Shown here in pieces: positions 27,874 through 38,670 of a stretch of DNA of 64,000 nt (position 1 is its first letter; every line of letters starts with the position of its first letter). Source of the DNA: an uncultured archaeon (GTDB lineage Archaea > Hadarchaeota > Hadarchaeia > Hadarchaeales > Hadarchaeaceae). The position numbers and the translations under genes were made by a program. Location of the stretch: NCBI GenBank assembly GCA_937921735.1, contig CAKZTQ010000032.1:1-64000 (forward strand). The letters are read 5' to 3'. The notes under the pieces are model-generated. The model had not been told where the DNA came from, did no database searches, and saw only the letters and a program-made list of their open reading frames with translations.

Positions 27874-28504
27874 TCTTCAGGACGGCATCCGGCTTGCCCA
27901 CGACCGTCACCAAATCTCCAGCCAATATCTCGGTTTCGCCCCTTGGGGGGATGAGGTCATCTCCCCTCGTTATCATCGCCAGCGTACAGCCCTTGGGGAC
28001 GTTTATGTCCTTGATCCTCTGCCCCACCGCCTTGGAGTTGGGTCCGACGGTGACCTCCACCACCTCGCCCTTCCCGCCCCCTATCCCTAGCAAGCCGTAG
28101 ACGCCGGGGCCGCTCACGGCTTTCTCGAACAGCATCACCGCGGCGCTTATCAGGCTGACCGCTATGTCCACGCCCAGCTCCTCGAACATCCTCGCGTGCT
28201 TTTCGTCGTTCACCCTGGCGATGACACGTGGCACGCCCATCTTCTTCGCGAGCTCGCAGGCCATGAGGTTTACTTCGTCCGCCTGCGTGAGCGCCACTAG
28301 GACGTCCGCCCTATCCACCCCGGCATCCTTCAGGACGTCGATGTCGGCGCCATTGCCGTGGACGACGAGCACGTCGAGCTCAGCTGCAAGCTCGTGCGCC
28401 CGCCTCTCGTCCTTTTCTATGACCACCACGTTGTTACCCCTATCCGCGAGCCTCTTGGCGAGCTTTGAACCGGTCTGTCCGCCGCCTACAATTATAATAT
28501 ACAT
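27848..28504 (-). CDS. trkA: TrkA-family potassium uptake regulatory subunit
   Basis: GGGQTG NAD-binding RCK-N plus TrkA-C domain. Confidence 0.9.
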   Translation of the reverse strand: MYIIIVGGGQTGSKLAKRLADRGNNVVVIEKDERRAHELAAELDVLVVHGNGADIDVLKDAGVDRADVLVALTQADEVNLMACELAKKMGVPRVIARVNDEKHARMFEELGVDIAVSLISAAVMLFEKAVSGPGVYGLLGIGGGKGEVVEVTVGPNSKAVGQRIKDINVPKGCTLAMITRGDDLIPPRGETEILAGDLVTVVGKPDAVLKITRYLRGE

Positions 28505-28567
28505 CGGATCGCCTCTGCATCGGTGCCGTTATAAAGCACGATGTTCATCTATGGTAGGAGGGTTTAA

Positions 28568-29086
28568 ATGCCTATCCGACCGGCTCGCACCTATAGGTAT
28601 TTCAGCGGCCCCGCGTACACGCGCAGGGAATACGTCAAGGGCGTGCCGGGGCTACGGGTTACCTTCTTCGACATGGGAAACCCGAAGGGCGATTTCCCCA
28701 TCGAGATCTCCCTGATCTCCAAGGAGGCCGGCCAGATAAGGCACAACGCCCTAGAGGCTGCCAGGGTCGCGGCCAACCGCCTCCTGGAGACTAGGGTGGG
28801 CAAGAGCAACTACCACCTCAAGCTTCGCGTATATCCCCACCACGTGTTGCGGGAGAACCCAATGGCGGTGGGCGCTGGGGCGGACAGGATCTCCGACGGC
28901 ATGCGCTTGGCCTTCGGCAGGCCCATAGGCGCCGCCGCTAGGGTCCACGCGGGACAAAGGTTGATGACCGTTCGCGTGGGGAAGGAATTCGCCCCCATAG
29001 CGAAGGAGGCGCTGCGCCGGGCCGCGGGGAAGTTGCCGATGCCTTGCAGCCTTCAGGTGGAGAAAGGGCAGGAACTACTCCAGTGA
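28568..29086 (+). CDS. rpl10e: 50S ribosomal protein L10e (uL16)
   Basis: [36 protein letters not shown]. Confidence 0.97.
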   Translation: MPIRPARTYRYFSGPAYTRREYVKGVPGLRVTFFDMGNPKGDFPIEISLISKEAGQIRHNALEAARVAANRLLETRVGKSNYHLKLRVYPHHVLRENPMAVGAGADRISDGMRLAFGRPIGAAARVHAGQRLMTVRVGKEFAPIAKEALRRAAGKLPMPCSLQVEKGQELLQ

Positions 29087-29950
29087 GCTAGCCATCGCCG
29101 CGAGCAGCTCATATATTATCTTTGCCGCTGCGAAGGCCGTGGTGCCGTTGTCGTGGGGCGGGGTGAGCTCCACCACATCGAAGGCGAGGATTTTCAGCTT
29201 GCCCAGCTCGCGCACCAGCTTCAGCAGGTCGAGCGTCGATAACCCTCCAGGCTCCGGTGTGCTCACGCCCGGCGCGAAGGCGGGGTCGAGGACGTCGAGG
29301 TCCACTGTCAGGTAAACGGGGGAGCCGCCGACTTGCTCTTTTAGCTCGGCGGCAACTTCGGCCGGGTCTTTCAGCACCTCCTCGCTCGTATAGGTCTTGA
29401 GCTCTATCGAGTCGGCGAATTCCGCCTCCTCCTTGGAACAAGAGCGAACGCCCACTTGGAGCAAACGCTCGGCCGGTAGGCGATCGAGGACCCTCCGCAT
29501 CACCGTCGCGTGGCAGAGCCTATCGCCCAGGTACTCGTCGCGCAGGTCGCGATGGGCATCGAGTTGTATCACGGTCACATCGTCGAGGGCTTGAAGCGAG
29601 AAGTATGTAAGCGTATGCTCCCCCCCAAGCAGGGCCGGTATCTTTCCGTCGTCGTTCACGCGCTTGACCAGCGCCGAGATCCTCTCCCCAGTTGTCTCTA
29701 GATCGGTGGTTGTGATCATGAGATCCCCGAGGTCGGAGATGCTGAGCTTTTCGAAGACATCGAGTCCGGCCGAGGTTACGTAGGTCTCCAGGTTTGCGGA
29801 TGCCTCGCGTATCCTCGCCGGCCCGAAACGGCAGCCGGAGCGATAGCTGGAGGTGATGTCGAGCGGGATGCCGGCGAACACCACTTTCGCCCGCTCGTAG
29901 GGCTCGTCGAAGCCGCCAAAGCCCGGGCGGACGGGCGTCATGGCTTTCAT
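29075..29950 (-). CDS. speB: Agmatinase
   Basis: GGEH, DAH.DLR, D.DVLDP..APG..TPEPGG. Confidence 0.93.
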   Translation of the reverse strand: MKAMTPVRPGFGGFDEPYERAKVVFAGIPLDITSSYRSGCRFGPARIREASANLETYVTSAGLDVFEKLSISDLGDLMITTTDLETTGERISALVKRVNDDGKIPALLGGEHTLTYFSLQALDDVTVIQLDAHRDLRDEYLGDRLCHATVMRRVLDRLPAERLLQVGVRSCSKEEAEFADSIELKTYTSEEVLKDPAEVAAELKEQVGGSPVYLTVDLDVLDPAFAPGVSTPEPGGLSTLDLLKLVRELGKLKILAFDVVELTPPHDNGTTAFAAAKIIYELLAAMASSLE

Positions 29951-30047
29951 CCCATCACCCTTCGAGTGTAGACCTCAAGGGCTATGAAGCTTTCCAAGAC
30001 CTAGCAATTTAAAGTCGAACACCTCTACCTAAAGCACGGAGGTGTTC

Positions 30048-30605
30048 ATGGCGAAGATCGATGTGGATGCGAGCCTCGCCCCGAGGTTGTTCGCCCCTAG
30101 GTTGACGGTGCTGGTGACCTCCCTCGACAAAAAGGGCAGGGCGAACATCATAACCCTCTCTTGGGCCATGCCGACCTCCTTTGACCCACCCTTAGCGGCG
30201 ATAAGCGTGGGAAAGCGGAGGTACTCCCACGAGCTCATCGAGGGCTGCAGGGAGTTCGTGGTGAACATCCCCTCGCAGGACATCTTGGAAAAAGTCCAAC
30301 TTTGCGGCTCCCGCTCGGGTAGAAACGTGGACAAGTTCGCCGAAAGCGGCCTGACGCAGCTCCCGAGCAAAAAGGTCAAGCCACCCAGGATAAAGGAGTG
30401 CGTCGCCCACCTCGAGTGCAAGCTCGTCGATAGCCTGAGTACAGGAGATCACACCATTTTCATCGGCGAGGTGGTGGCAGCCTCCGTCGACGAGGAAGCG
30501 TTCGACGGAATGGAAAAGTGCATAAAGTTGGAGACCTTTAAGCCCATCCTCCACCTGACCGGCCCGTACTTCACCACTTCGACGAGCGTGAGGCAAATAA
30601 ACTAG
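30048..30605 (+). CDS. Flavin reductase-like FMN-binding protein
   Basis: EFVVNIP, G..SGR..DKF, I.EC...LEC, GDHT.FIGEV. Confidence 0.9.
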   Translation: MAKIDVDASLAPRLFAPRLTVLVTSLDKKGRANIITLSWAMPTSFDPPLAAISVGKRRYSHELIEGCREFVVNIPSQDILEKVQLCGSRSGRNVDKFAESGLTQLPSKKVKPPRIKECVAHLECKLVDSLSTGDHTIFIGEVVAASVDEEAFDGMEKCIKLETFKPILHLTGPYFTTSTSVRQIN

Positions 30606-30611
30606 ATCTCG

Positions 30612-32099
30612 TAGTGCGGGGGTGGTCAACTAGAAAGAGTTCGAGATACCCCCATCTCCTTAGCTTCGACGTTGATCTGAAGTTGTTTGAGTTCCTCGTC
30701 TATGTTCGTCTCTTTTAATATTCCCGCAAGAATCTCTGGTGCCTTTCGCGTGAATCCCTCAATCACCCGCCACCAGATCGTCTGCCATGTTGACTTAGCG
30801 TGGATGGGACAAAACGATCGCTATGATAGACCGAGAGGCAAAACTTATGTTACGGCTGAGTTTAAACGGATGGATGGTACCTATGTTAAGAAAATTTCTT
30901 TAGTTGCTCTGCAGAGCCAAACTAAAAAAAGCATGAACGGAACCTCCGTCAAAACTCCGACAACCGTTGCTATAGCTGCCCCAGAAGCTAAGCCGAAAAG
31001 GGTTATAGCGACTGCTATAGCGACATCGAAATTATTGCTTCCGGCTATAATCGCTGTCGGTGCGGCATCCTCATAGGGTAAACGAATGATCTTAGAAATC
31101 AAATAAGTTATCGCGAAGACGAACAAGATATTGACGAAAATCCCAGTTGCGATCATGCCAATGACCAAGGGTTGTTCAACGATCACATGCCCTTGTAGTG
31201 AAAATAGCACTATTAATGTGATGAGCAAAGCCACGATAGATGCTTTTTTGAGCAAGGGAGCGATCTTTCGATTGAGCCATTCGACACCCTTTCCCTCAAT
31301 GACTCTTTTCCTCGTATAATAACCGGCAATCAACGGTATGACTATATAAACAGTGACCGCAAACGCTATAGTTTCCCAAGGGATAGAAATACCAGAAATC
31401 CCAAGCAGGAAAACAGCTAGAGGAGCGTACAAAAATACCATCGATAAAGAATTTATAGTCGTCATAACGAGAGTGTGACCCATGTTACCTTCCGCCAAAT
31501 AACTCCAAACGAGAACCATCGCCGTGCAAGGAGCAACACCTAACAGAATCAACCCTGCCCTGTACTGCGAAGAAAGATCGGGGGACAAAAATGGGCGGAA
31601 GATAACGCTCAAGAAAAGCCAAGCGAAGAAAGCCATGGTGAAAGGTTTAACAGCCCAATTGCTGAACAAGGTCACAAATATAGGCTTAAGCGTTTTGCCC
31701 GCTCTCATCACCTGTTTGAAATCTATTTGAACCATTATCGGATAAATCATCGCAAATAAGCAGATGGCGATCGGAATCGATACGTGGGCTATGGTCAATT
31801 CACCCAACAAGCCAGAAATTTGAGGAAAAGCCTTGCCAAAACATATCCCTAGGATTATGCAAAGAGCAACCCAAAGGCTAAGATATTTTTCCCAGATTCC
31901 TAATTCTCTTTTTCTTTCAGCCATATTTTCGGCCTTGGTTAGTTTATACGAGTAAATAATTTATACATCAGTGCCAGCGATTTTAGAGCTTGCTCGCACG
32001 TCTCGAGCTCTTCAAAGCTAATGCCGGTACCTTTGGCTCCCGTCCGCTTTCTGTGGGCCTTGTTTTCAAGGGGCATCTCAAACTATGGTGCGGGGGCGG
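30612..32099. mobile_element. Decayed tRNA-Leu-integrated islet carrying acr3
   Basis: TAGTGCGGGGGTGG (30612-30625) vs tRNA 3' end TGGTGCGGGGGCGG (32086-32099), 12/14 identical. Interior is visibly AT-rich. No integrase seen. Confidence 0.55.
30881..31924 (-). CDS. acr3: ACR3-family arsenite efflux transporter
   Basis: YLSLWV, MIYPIM, NW..KPF.M, APCTAMV.VW, SNNF..AIAVA, EVP. Confidence 0.95.
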   Translation of the reverse strand: MAERKRELGIWEKYLSLWVALCIILGICFGKAFPQISGLLGELTIAHVSIPIAICLFAMIYPIMVQIDFKQVMRAGKTLKPIFVTLFSNWAVKPFTMAFFAWLFLSVIFRPFLSPDLSSQYRAGLILLGVAPCTAMVLVWSYLAEGNMGHTLVMTTINSLSMVFLYAPLAVFLLGISGISIPWETIAFAVTVYIVIPLIAGYYTRKRVIEGKGVEWLNRKIAPLLKKASIVALLITLIVLFSLQGHVIVEQPLVIGMIATGIFVNILFVFAITYLISKIIRLPYEDAAPTAIIAGSNNFDVAIAVAITLFGLASGAAIATVVGVLTEVPFMLFLVWLCRATKEIFLT

Positions 32100-32173
32100 G
32101 GATTTGAACCCCGGAACCCCTACGGGACAGGCTCCTGAAGCCTGCGCCGTTGGCCAGGCTTGGCTACCCCCGC
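32086..32173 (-). tRNA. tRNA-Leu(CAG)
   Basis: Cloverleaf GCGGGGG/CCCCCGC-ACCA, anticodon arm CAGGC-TTCAGGA-GCCTG, long variable arm, T-loop TTCAAAT. Confidence 0.96.
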
Positions 32174-32272
32174 GATCGAAACTTGGCCATCCTAATTCTT
32201 TAATGTTAGGTCGGCGCCGTGAACTAAAACTTTATGAAGCTGGAACTGACAACAAAAAATTGATTGGTAAAT

Positions 32273-33454
32273 ATGCCGTTCGATTTCAGCTTCGAAGGTC
32301 TCCTAGCTTGGCTGGTGTTGATCCTCCTACTTAGCTTTATTACCATGTATCTCATGCCGTACCAGTTTACTTTCCAGACCCGTTTGATGATAGGGCAGGT
32401 GCGCAAGTCGTTGAGCCAGCTCGAGGAATGGGCAAAGGAGGGAAGGAGGATCGCGTTGAGCACGATTACCAAGCATGGCCGAACCAAGCGAGATATCGAG
32501 AAGGAGTTCGACGATTTCCTCGAATTCTTCACCATAGAGCCAGTCAGCGATGACCCGGCGGGGGTACTTCGGAGGCTGGAGCACGTGCTCGACGTGCGGA
32601 AGAAGCGCTTCGAGGGGATGGTCGCCCGCTTCGCCCCCAACGCTGATCCCGAGACCGCGGCGAACCTCGAGATGACTATCGAGGGAGCGATGGCGAGCAA
32701 CTTGGTCTTCCGCTTGGTGCGCCACTACATGTTGCTCGCGGAGAAGACCAAGAGCTATCAGCTGATAATGGCCCTCCAGATGCAGATGCCCATCCTAAAG
32801 GAGTACGCCAAGGCCTTCCTCGACGCTACTAAGGCCTTCGCCGAAGGGAAGCCGATCGGCGACGGCGTTGGCGCGATGGTGGCGACCAAGTTGGCAGGCG
32901 GCGCGAGCTGGAGGGAGCTCGTGGAGGACACCGTGTACGCGGAGACGAAATTCGACGGGCGAAAGCTGATAGTGGTCAAGGCAAAGGGTCCGGGAGGCAG
33001 GGTCGGCAAGCCCGGTGAGCTCATTAAGCGTTTGATGGAGAGGAGGAAGGTGGACAGGATCATAATGATCGACGCCGGGCTGAAGCTTGAAGGCGAGGAG
33101 AGCGGTCACGTCATCGAAGGCGTCGGCGCTGCGATAGGGGGCCCGCCGACCGAAAAGTACAAGATAGAGGAGATCGCGGTCAAGAAAGGCGTGCCCGTCG
33201 ATGCCATAATCGTCAAGGAGTCATTCAAGGAGGCCATCACGCCCCTCAACAAGCGCTTGGCGAAGGCGGTCGACGCCACCGTCGAGCGGGTTAAGCAGGC
33301 CATCCGAGAGCGCACCAAGCCGGGCGAGGTGGTGATCGTAGCCGGTATAGGCAACACTATAGGAATAGGCCAAAACCCCGAGGAGCTGCCTAAGGATTTC
33401 CCTGAGCCTAAAGAGGAAAAGGGGATAGAGTCCGACAAGCTGCTCTTTCGATAG
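32273..33454 (+). CDS. DUF1512 family protein
   Basis: N-terminal TM, PIGDG.G, KA.GPG..VG.PG, IDA.LKLEGE, G.GNT.GIGQ. Confidence 0.85.
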   Translation: MPFDFSFEGLLAWLVLILLLSFITMYLMPYQFTFQTRLMIGQVRKSLSQLEEWAKEGRRIALSTITKHGRTKRDIEKEFDDFLEFFTIEPVSDDPAGVLRRLEHVLDVRKKRFEGMVARFAPNADPETAANLEMTIEGAMASNLVFRLVRHYMLLAEKTKSYQLIMALQMQMPILKEYAKAFLDATKAFAEGKPIGDGVGAMVATKLAGGASWRELVEDTVYAETKFDGRKLIVVKAKGPGGRVGKPGELIKRLMERRKVDRIIMIDAGLKLEGEESGHVIEGVGAAIGGPPTEKYKIEEIAVKKGVPVDAIIVKESFKEAITPLNKRLAKAVDATVERVKQAIRERTKPGEVVIVAGIGNTIGIGQNPEELPKDFPEPKEEKGIESDKLLFR

Positions 33455-33522
33455 GTTTTAATATCCTGCGGTTATTTTTTACCGATAAATCTCATAACAT
33501 AAGTCAGACACGAGGGAAAGGC

Positions 33523-35709
33523 ATGAGGCGCTACAAGCACCTTGCGGACGTTCAAAAGCTGATGTGGCAGCTGGAGCAGATACGCAACATAGGCATAGTG
33601 GCCCATGTCGATCACGGCAAGACCACGTTGACGGACAGCTTGGTCGCAGCCTCCGGCATCATAAGTTTCGAGCTCGCCGGCGAGCAGTTGTTCACCGATT
33701 TTCTGGAGATCGAGCAACAGCGAGGCATCACGATCCAGACATCCGCGGTGAGCCTCGCCCACACCTACGAAGGGAAGGAGTACCTGATCAACTTGCTCGA
33801 CACGCCTGGCCACGTGGACTTCAGCGGGGACGTGACCAGAGCCCTGCGCGCCATAGATGGTGTCATCGTCGTCGTCGATGCCGTCGAGGGGGTCATGGTG
33901 CAGACGGAGACCGTGCTGCGCCAAGCCCTGCGAGAGCGAGCGCGTCCAGTACTTTTTATCAACAAGGTCGACCGGCTAATAGACGAACTCAAGCTCACGC
34001 CAGAAGGCATGCAGGAGCGCTTCATCAAGATCATAACCAAGTTCAACCAGCTCATACGCAGGTATGCACCGCCTGACGTCGCTGAGCGATGGCAGGTGAG
34101 CGTCGAGGCCGGTTCCGTTGCGTTTGGCTCGGCTAAGGAAAAATGGGCGCTGTCAATAACGCAGATGAAGAAGAAGAACATCACTTTCAAGGATATCATA
34201 GAAGCGTACAGGAAAGGGGAACAGGCGAGGTTGGCCGAGGAAAGCCCGCTCTACGAGGTCATCCTCGACATGGTAGTTAAACACCTGCCCGATCCGAAGC
34301 AGGCGCAGTCCGATAGGATACCTGTCATATGGAAGGGCGAGATAAATAGCGAGCTCGGAAAGGACATGCTTACGTGCAACCCCAACGGCAAGATCTGCAT
34401 GGTCATAACGGATATTATCGTGGACGAGCACGCCGGTGTGATATCCACGGGCAGGGTTTTCTCCGGCACTTTGGAGAAGGGGAAGTCGGTTAGGCTGGTC
34501 GGCTTGGGTCAGGAGGCACGAATACAGCAGGTAGGCATTTACATGGGGCCAGATCGGATAATCGTGGACAAAGTGCCCGCGGGGAACATAGCCGCGATCG
34601 TTGGCATGAAGGAAGCGGTGGTCGGCGAGACGCTCATCGAGTCAGGAATTGAAGGGGCAGGATTTGAGGAGCTCAAATACGTAAGCGAGCCGGTCGTCAC
34701 GGTGGCGGTCGAGCCCAAGAACTTCCAAGACTTGCCTAGGTTGATCACCGCGCTGAAGAACATCTCGCGCGAGGACCCCAACGTCCACGTCAAGATCAAC
34801 GAGGAAACCGGCGAATACCTCGTGTCCGGCATGGGCGAGTTACACTTGGAGATAGTCGAATACAAACTTAAGGAGGCCGGGCTTGAGGTCAAGACCTCCG
34901 AACCGATCGTGGTCTACCGGGAAACTGTCACGGGCAAGGCCGGGCCCGTGGAGGGCAAGTCGCCGAATAGGCACAACAGATTTTTGATCTCCGTGGAGCC
35001 GCTCGAACCTGAGGTGATCAAGGCGATCGAGGAGGGCAAGGTCAACATGAAGCAAGATCGCAAGGAGCGCGCGAACGTGCTGCGGGGGCTCGGATGGGAC
35101 ACGGACGCCGCTAGGGGGGTCGTGACGATAGTCGGGCCGAACATCCTAACCGATGTCACGAAGGGGGTGCAGTACATGAGGGAGGTCGAGGACTACGTCA
35201 TCGAGGCCTTTACAGAGGTGGTGAACGAAGGGCCGTTGATGCGGGAACCCATGCGAGGGTTGAAGGTGCTGATCGTGGACGCGATGCTTCACGAGGACTC
35301 GGTCCACCGCGGTCCGGCACAGATAATCCCCGCGGTCAGGCGAGCGATTCAGGCGGCGGTCCTGATGGCTAAACCACAGGTGCTCGAACCTATCCTCAGG
35401 TTGGAGGTCCGCGTGCCCCAAGAGTTCTTGGGTAGCTGTACCAAGGTAATCCAAGGTCGACGTGGACGCATCATCTCCATGGAATCCGAGGAGGATATCG
35501 CCGTGGTTAAAGCGCTGTTGCCCGTGGCGAACTCCTTTGGGCTTGCGGCCGAAATGCGATCGGAGACGGAAGGGCGGGCAATATGGGGCACGGAGTTTGA
35601 GAAGTTTGACCCCATACCCAGAGAACTGCAGGAGCAGACGATCTTGGAGACCCGCAAGCGCAAGGGTCTCAAGCCGGAGCCACCCAAGCCCGAGGACTTT
35701 TTAGATTAG
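33523..35709 (+). CDS. fusA: Translation elongation factor aEF-2
   Basis: AHVDHGKTT, RGITI, DTPGHVDF, NKVD, diphthamide loop HEDSVHRGPAQ. Confidence 0.98.
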   Translation: MRRYKHLADVQKLMWQLEQIRNIGIVAHVDHGKTTLTDSLVAASGIISFELAGEQLFTDFLEIEQQRGITIQTSAVSLAHTYEGKEYLINLLDTPGHVDFSGDVTRALRAIDGVIVVVDAVEGVMVQTETVLRQALRERARPVLFINKVDRLIDELKLTPEGMQERFIKIITKFNQLIRRYAPPDVAERWQVSVEAGSVAFGSAKEKWALSITQMKKKNITFKDIIEAYRKGEQARLAEESPLYEVILDMVVKHLPDPKQAQSDRIPVIWKGEINSELGKDMLTCNPNGKICMVITDIIVDEHAGVISTGRVFSGTLEKGKSVRLVGLGQEARIQQVGIYMGPDRIIVDKVPAGNIAAIVGMKEAVVGETLIESGIEGAGFEELKYVSEPVVTVAVEPKNFQDLPRLITALKNISREDPNVHVKINEETGEYLVSGMGELHLEIVEYKLKEAGLEVKTSEPIVVYRETVTGKAGPVEGKSPNRHNRFLISVEPLEPEVIKAIEEGKVNMKQDRKERANVLRGLGWDTDAARGVVTIVGPNILTDVTKGVQYMREVEDYVIEAFTEVVNEGPLMREPMRGLKVLIVDAMLHEDSVHRGPAQIIPAVRRAIQAAVLMAKPQVLEPILRLEVRVPQEFLGSCTKVIQGRRGRIISMESEEDIAVVKALLPVANSFGLAAEMRSETEGRAIWGTEFEKFDPIPRELQEQTILETRKRKGLKPEPPKPEDFLD

Positions 35710-36538
35710 ATGCGATGTAGTTCGAAATGGAGCCCAGCTCTTCGGGCGTGAGGTCCATCACCCTCCTGTTCGCTAGATCCTTTGGGATCGTCTCGTCCAC
35801 GATCCTACGCCTTTCCGACTTAGGCTTTGGTTGTGGAAACACCTCATTAAACGAGTGAAATAGGGCATTGCGCACCTTTTGCCGCTTGTGCTGGAACAAC
35901 GCGCGGACTACATCGAAAAATAGGGCTTCATCGATTACGTAAAAGGGCGGACTTCGTGGCCTCAACCTCACCAACATGGACGAGACCTTTGGTCTTGGGA
36001 AAAATGCAGAAGGCTCGACCTCCTCCAACAACTCGACTTCCGCACGATAGTATACGCCAACCGTCAAACGACCATAGTCCTTGGAGCCGGGTTTGGCGAT
36101 TAGCCGTTGGGCGAACTCCTTTTGATACATCAAAACAGCAAGCTCGAAGTCATGCTCGAGCAATTTGAACGTGATCTCGGACGATATCGCGTAGGGCAAG
36201 TTCGCGACTACCTTATTGAAAGGCGGAAGCTCCATCTGCAAGATGTCTGCGTTCACCAGATCCACATTCGCGAGGCCCTTCGCCTGCTCCCGAAGGACTC
36301 GGAACAGCTTCGCGTCCCGTTCCACCGCTATTACCTTCCCCGCACGTTCTGCGAGCAGCTTCGTCAAGTTCCCCATCCCCGCACCTATCTCGAGCACAAG
36401 ATCGCGAGAAGAGACGCCCGCGTAATCGACCATCCTCCTTAACAAGCTAGGGTCGATCACGTGGATTTGACTGCCGCGTTTGTTTAACCTTATGCCATAT
36501 CTTCGCAAGGTCACAAGCAACTGGTGCATGCGATCCAC
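35669..36538 (-). CDS. rsmA: 16S rRNA adenine dimethyltransferase
   Basis: LEIGAG.G.LT, ANLPY.ISS, Q.EFA.RL.A, F.P.PKV.S. Confidence 0.94.
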   Translation of the reverse strand: MDRMHQLLVTLRRYGIRLNKRGSQIHVIDPSLLRRMVDYAGVSSRDLVLEIGAGMGNLTKLLAERAGKVIAVERDAKLFRVLREQAKGLANVDLVNADILQMELPPFNKVVANLPYAISSEITFKLLEHDFELAVLMYQKEFAQRLIAKPGSKDYGRLTVGVYYRAEVELLEEVEPSAFFPRPKVSSMLVRLRPRSPPFYVIDEALFFDVVRALFQHKRQKVRNALFHSFNEVFPQPKPKSERRRIVDETIPKDLANRRVMDLTPEELGSISNYIASNLKSPRAWVAPA

Positions 36539-36579
36539 GCTTTTTATAGTTCGACCCTAGGAAATAGAATTAACGCCGG

Positions 36580-36942
36580 ATGTGCATGGTCTCCGAGGTC
36601 TTTTTGCGAAAAAGAAACGAACTGTTCAAAAAACTGAAGGAGGTCGGCTTACTGACGGATGAAGTCAGGCAGACGATCGTGGACACCTATGGTTCAAGGG
36701 GGAGAAAGGCCCTAGAGGTGATAGACAGGGGAGGTGTGGTAAAGCGAGGAAGGCGTTGGTTCGTACGCGGCAAAGGCGATGAGTACGAGGTGGTCCGAAC
36801 TTACTGCACCTGCCGCGATTACGTCTTAAATGTGGTCACCGAAAAAGTAGACGTCGATATGTGCTACCATGTGCTGGCGAAGGTGATATGCGAGATGTTG
36901 GACGCTTACTACATGGGTGGTGAGGGTGCGCCTAGTGATTAA
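36580..36942 (+). CDS. SWIM zinc-finger protein
   Basis: V.G....Y.V...CTC.D...CYH.LA. Confidence 0.8.
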   Translation: MCMVSEVFLRKRNELFKKLKEVGLLTDEVRQTIVDTYGSRGRKALEVIDRGGVVKRGRRWFVRGKGDEYEVVRTYCTCRDYVLNVVTEKVDVDMCYHVLAKVICEMLDAYYMGGEGAPSD

Positions 36943-38344
36943 GTTCGGTGGGGTACCGGTCAAGGACGGCAGGAGCATTCGTAACGCCGCGCAGCTCGTC
37001 GTCGCCCGCTATCGAAGGGGAGACGAGGTGGTCGCCGTCGTCTCGGCCATGGCAGGCATCACAGACGAGCTAGTAGCAATAGCTCATCGCTTGCTCGAGC
37101 CCGGGACGAACGCCGAGCAATTGATCTCCGACTTCATGGACCGTATTTCGGGTAGGCATCTACAAGCTTGTAAAGATGCCATCGATGATGAGGCCACGTT
37201 GAGTCGTACTTCCAGGGCGGTGGAGAACGCACTCGAAAACTTGGAGAGGGTCCTGACGGGCGTAGCGTATTTGGGCGAGCTCTCGCCCCGATCGCAGGAT
37301 TTAATAATGTCCTTTGGCGAACGCCTTTCGGCGCCGATTCTAGCAGGCGCGATCCAATCGCTCGGGGTTCCCGCTCGTTACTTAACCGGCTTCGAGGCCG
37401 GCATCGTAACCGATAACCGCCACACCGAGGCCAGGCCCATTTTTGAGCTGACCCGAAAGCTCGTACGGCAGCGGTTGGGCAAGCTGTTGGCAGCCCGAAA
37501 GGTCCCGGTGGTGGCTGGCTTCATAGCTGGTACGGAAGACGGCATCGTGACGACGCTTGGGCGAGGAGGCTCGGATTACTCCGCTTCCATCATAGGTGCC
37601 TCAATAGGGGCCGACGAAATATGGGTGATGACGGATGTCGACGGCATCATGACCGCAGATCCGAGGGTCGAACCCGACGCTAAGGTGATAGACACCATCT
37701 CCTATCTTGAGGCCACCGAGCTGGCATATTTCGGAGCCAAAGTGCTACACCCGAAGACCATCGAGCCAGCGATGGAGCTGGACATCCCCGTTCGCGTGCG
37801 CAGCGCGTTCAACCTCTCCCATCCAGGGACGGTGATAGTCAGGAAGCCGAGAAAGGTGAAAAACACGGTGAAGGCCATCACAATGAGCAAGGAGGTGGCG
37901 GTGATAACGGTCGGTGGTCCGGGCATGATCGGGATGCCAGGAGTGGCCGCCGCGGTGCTCGACATTTTGGCTAGGGCGAATATCAAGGTTTTAATGATAT
38001 CTCAAAGTTCTTCGCAAGCAAACATAAGCTTCGTCGTCCCCAGGGCCGAGCTGGAGGCCGCGTTGAAGGCGTTACGCGTCGAGTTCGCCGAGCGCCGCAT
38101 CGACTGGCGCATAGACTACGATCGAAACGCTAGCATCATCGCCACCGTGGGCGCTGGCATGAAGGGTACCCCTGGCGTGGCCGCGCGGGTCTTCGGGACG
38201 ATGGGCCGCGAGAACATAAACATAATCATGATAGCCCAAGGCTCATCTGAACTGAACATATCGTTCGTGGTCGCCGAAGAAGATGCTATAAAGGCTGTGC
38301 GTGCCCTGCACGCCGAGTTCGGGTTGGGTCGAGGACCCCGCTGA
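36917..38344 (+). CDS. lysC: Aspartate kinase
   Basis: KFGG, VVSAM, TTLGRGGSDYSA, FGAKVLHP, two ACT domains. Confidence 0.96.
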   Translation: MVRVRLVIKFGGVPVKDGRSIRNAAQLVVARYRRGDEVVAVVSAMAGITDELVAIAHRLLEPGTNAEQLISDFMDRISGRHLQACKDAIDDEATLSRTSRAVENALENLERVLTGVAYLGELSPRSQDLIMSFGERLSAPILAGAIQSLGVPARYLTGFEAGIVTDNRHTEARPIFELTRKLVRQRLGKLLAARKVPVVAGFIAGTEDGIVTTLGRGGSDYSASIIGASIGADEIWVMTDVDGIMTADPRVEPDAKVIDTISYLEATELAYFGAKVLHPKTIEPAMELDIPVRVRSAFNLSHPGTVIVRKPRKVKNTVKAITMSKEVAVITVGGPGMIGMPGVAAAVLDILARANIKVLMISQSSSQANISFVVPRAELEAALKALRVEFAERRIDWRIDYDRNASIIATVGAGMKGTPGVAARVFGTMGRENINIIMIAQGSSELNISFVVAEEDAIKAVRALHAEFGLGRGPR

Positions 38345-38345
38345 T

Positions 38346-38612
38346 TTAAGGGAGGAAGGATTCCTTTCTGGAATCGGGTATTCGCCTGCTGAGCAATTGC
38401 CCGCAGCGATCGCACTTGAGGAGTACCCAAGTCCCCCGTCTTTCGATGGGTTCCATAGATCTCCCACAGCACCGTGGGGCGGTGCTGCCGTCTAGCCCCT
38501 TTGCTCGTAGACGGTCCGTCAAGCGCTCTCGCATCGCCTTAGTCTGCAGTCTCCATAAAGCGTAGCCTGCGGCGGCTATGGAAAGAATTCCTATCCCCAG
38601 CTCGATGAGCAT
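38346..38612 (-). CDS. Small membrane-anchored Zn-ribbon hypothetical protein
   Basis: N-terminal TM, CCG..M and C..CG; RBS GGAGG. Confidence 0.6.
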   Translation of the reverse strand: MLIELGIGILSIAAAGYALWRLQTKAMRERLTDRLRAKGLDGSTAPRCCGRSMEPIERRGTWVLLKCDRCGQLLSRRIPDSRKESFLP

Positions 38613-38670
38613 CCTCCTCCCGCTCCTCCGTTTTTTATTTTTCCTTTAAGGGGAAAAATATTTTTCGCTT

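Noticed and set aside
32086-32173. Possible tRNA-Sec (TCA seen in the loop)
   Set aside because: The 7-nt loop TT-CAG-GA centres on CAG and the stems are standard, so it is Leu.
33523-35709. Divergent EF-2 paralog or intein
   Set aside because: Normal length with the diphthamide His motif intact; no insertion.
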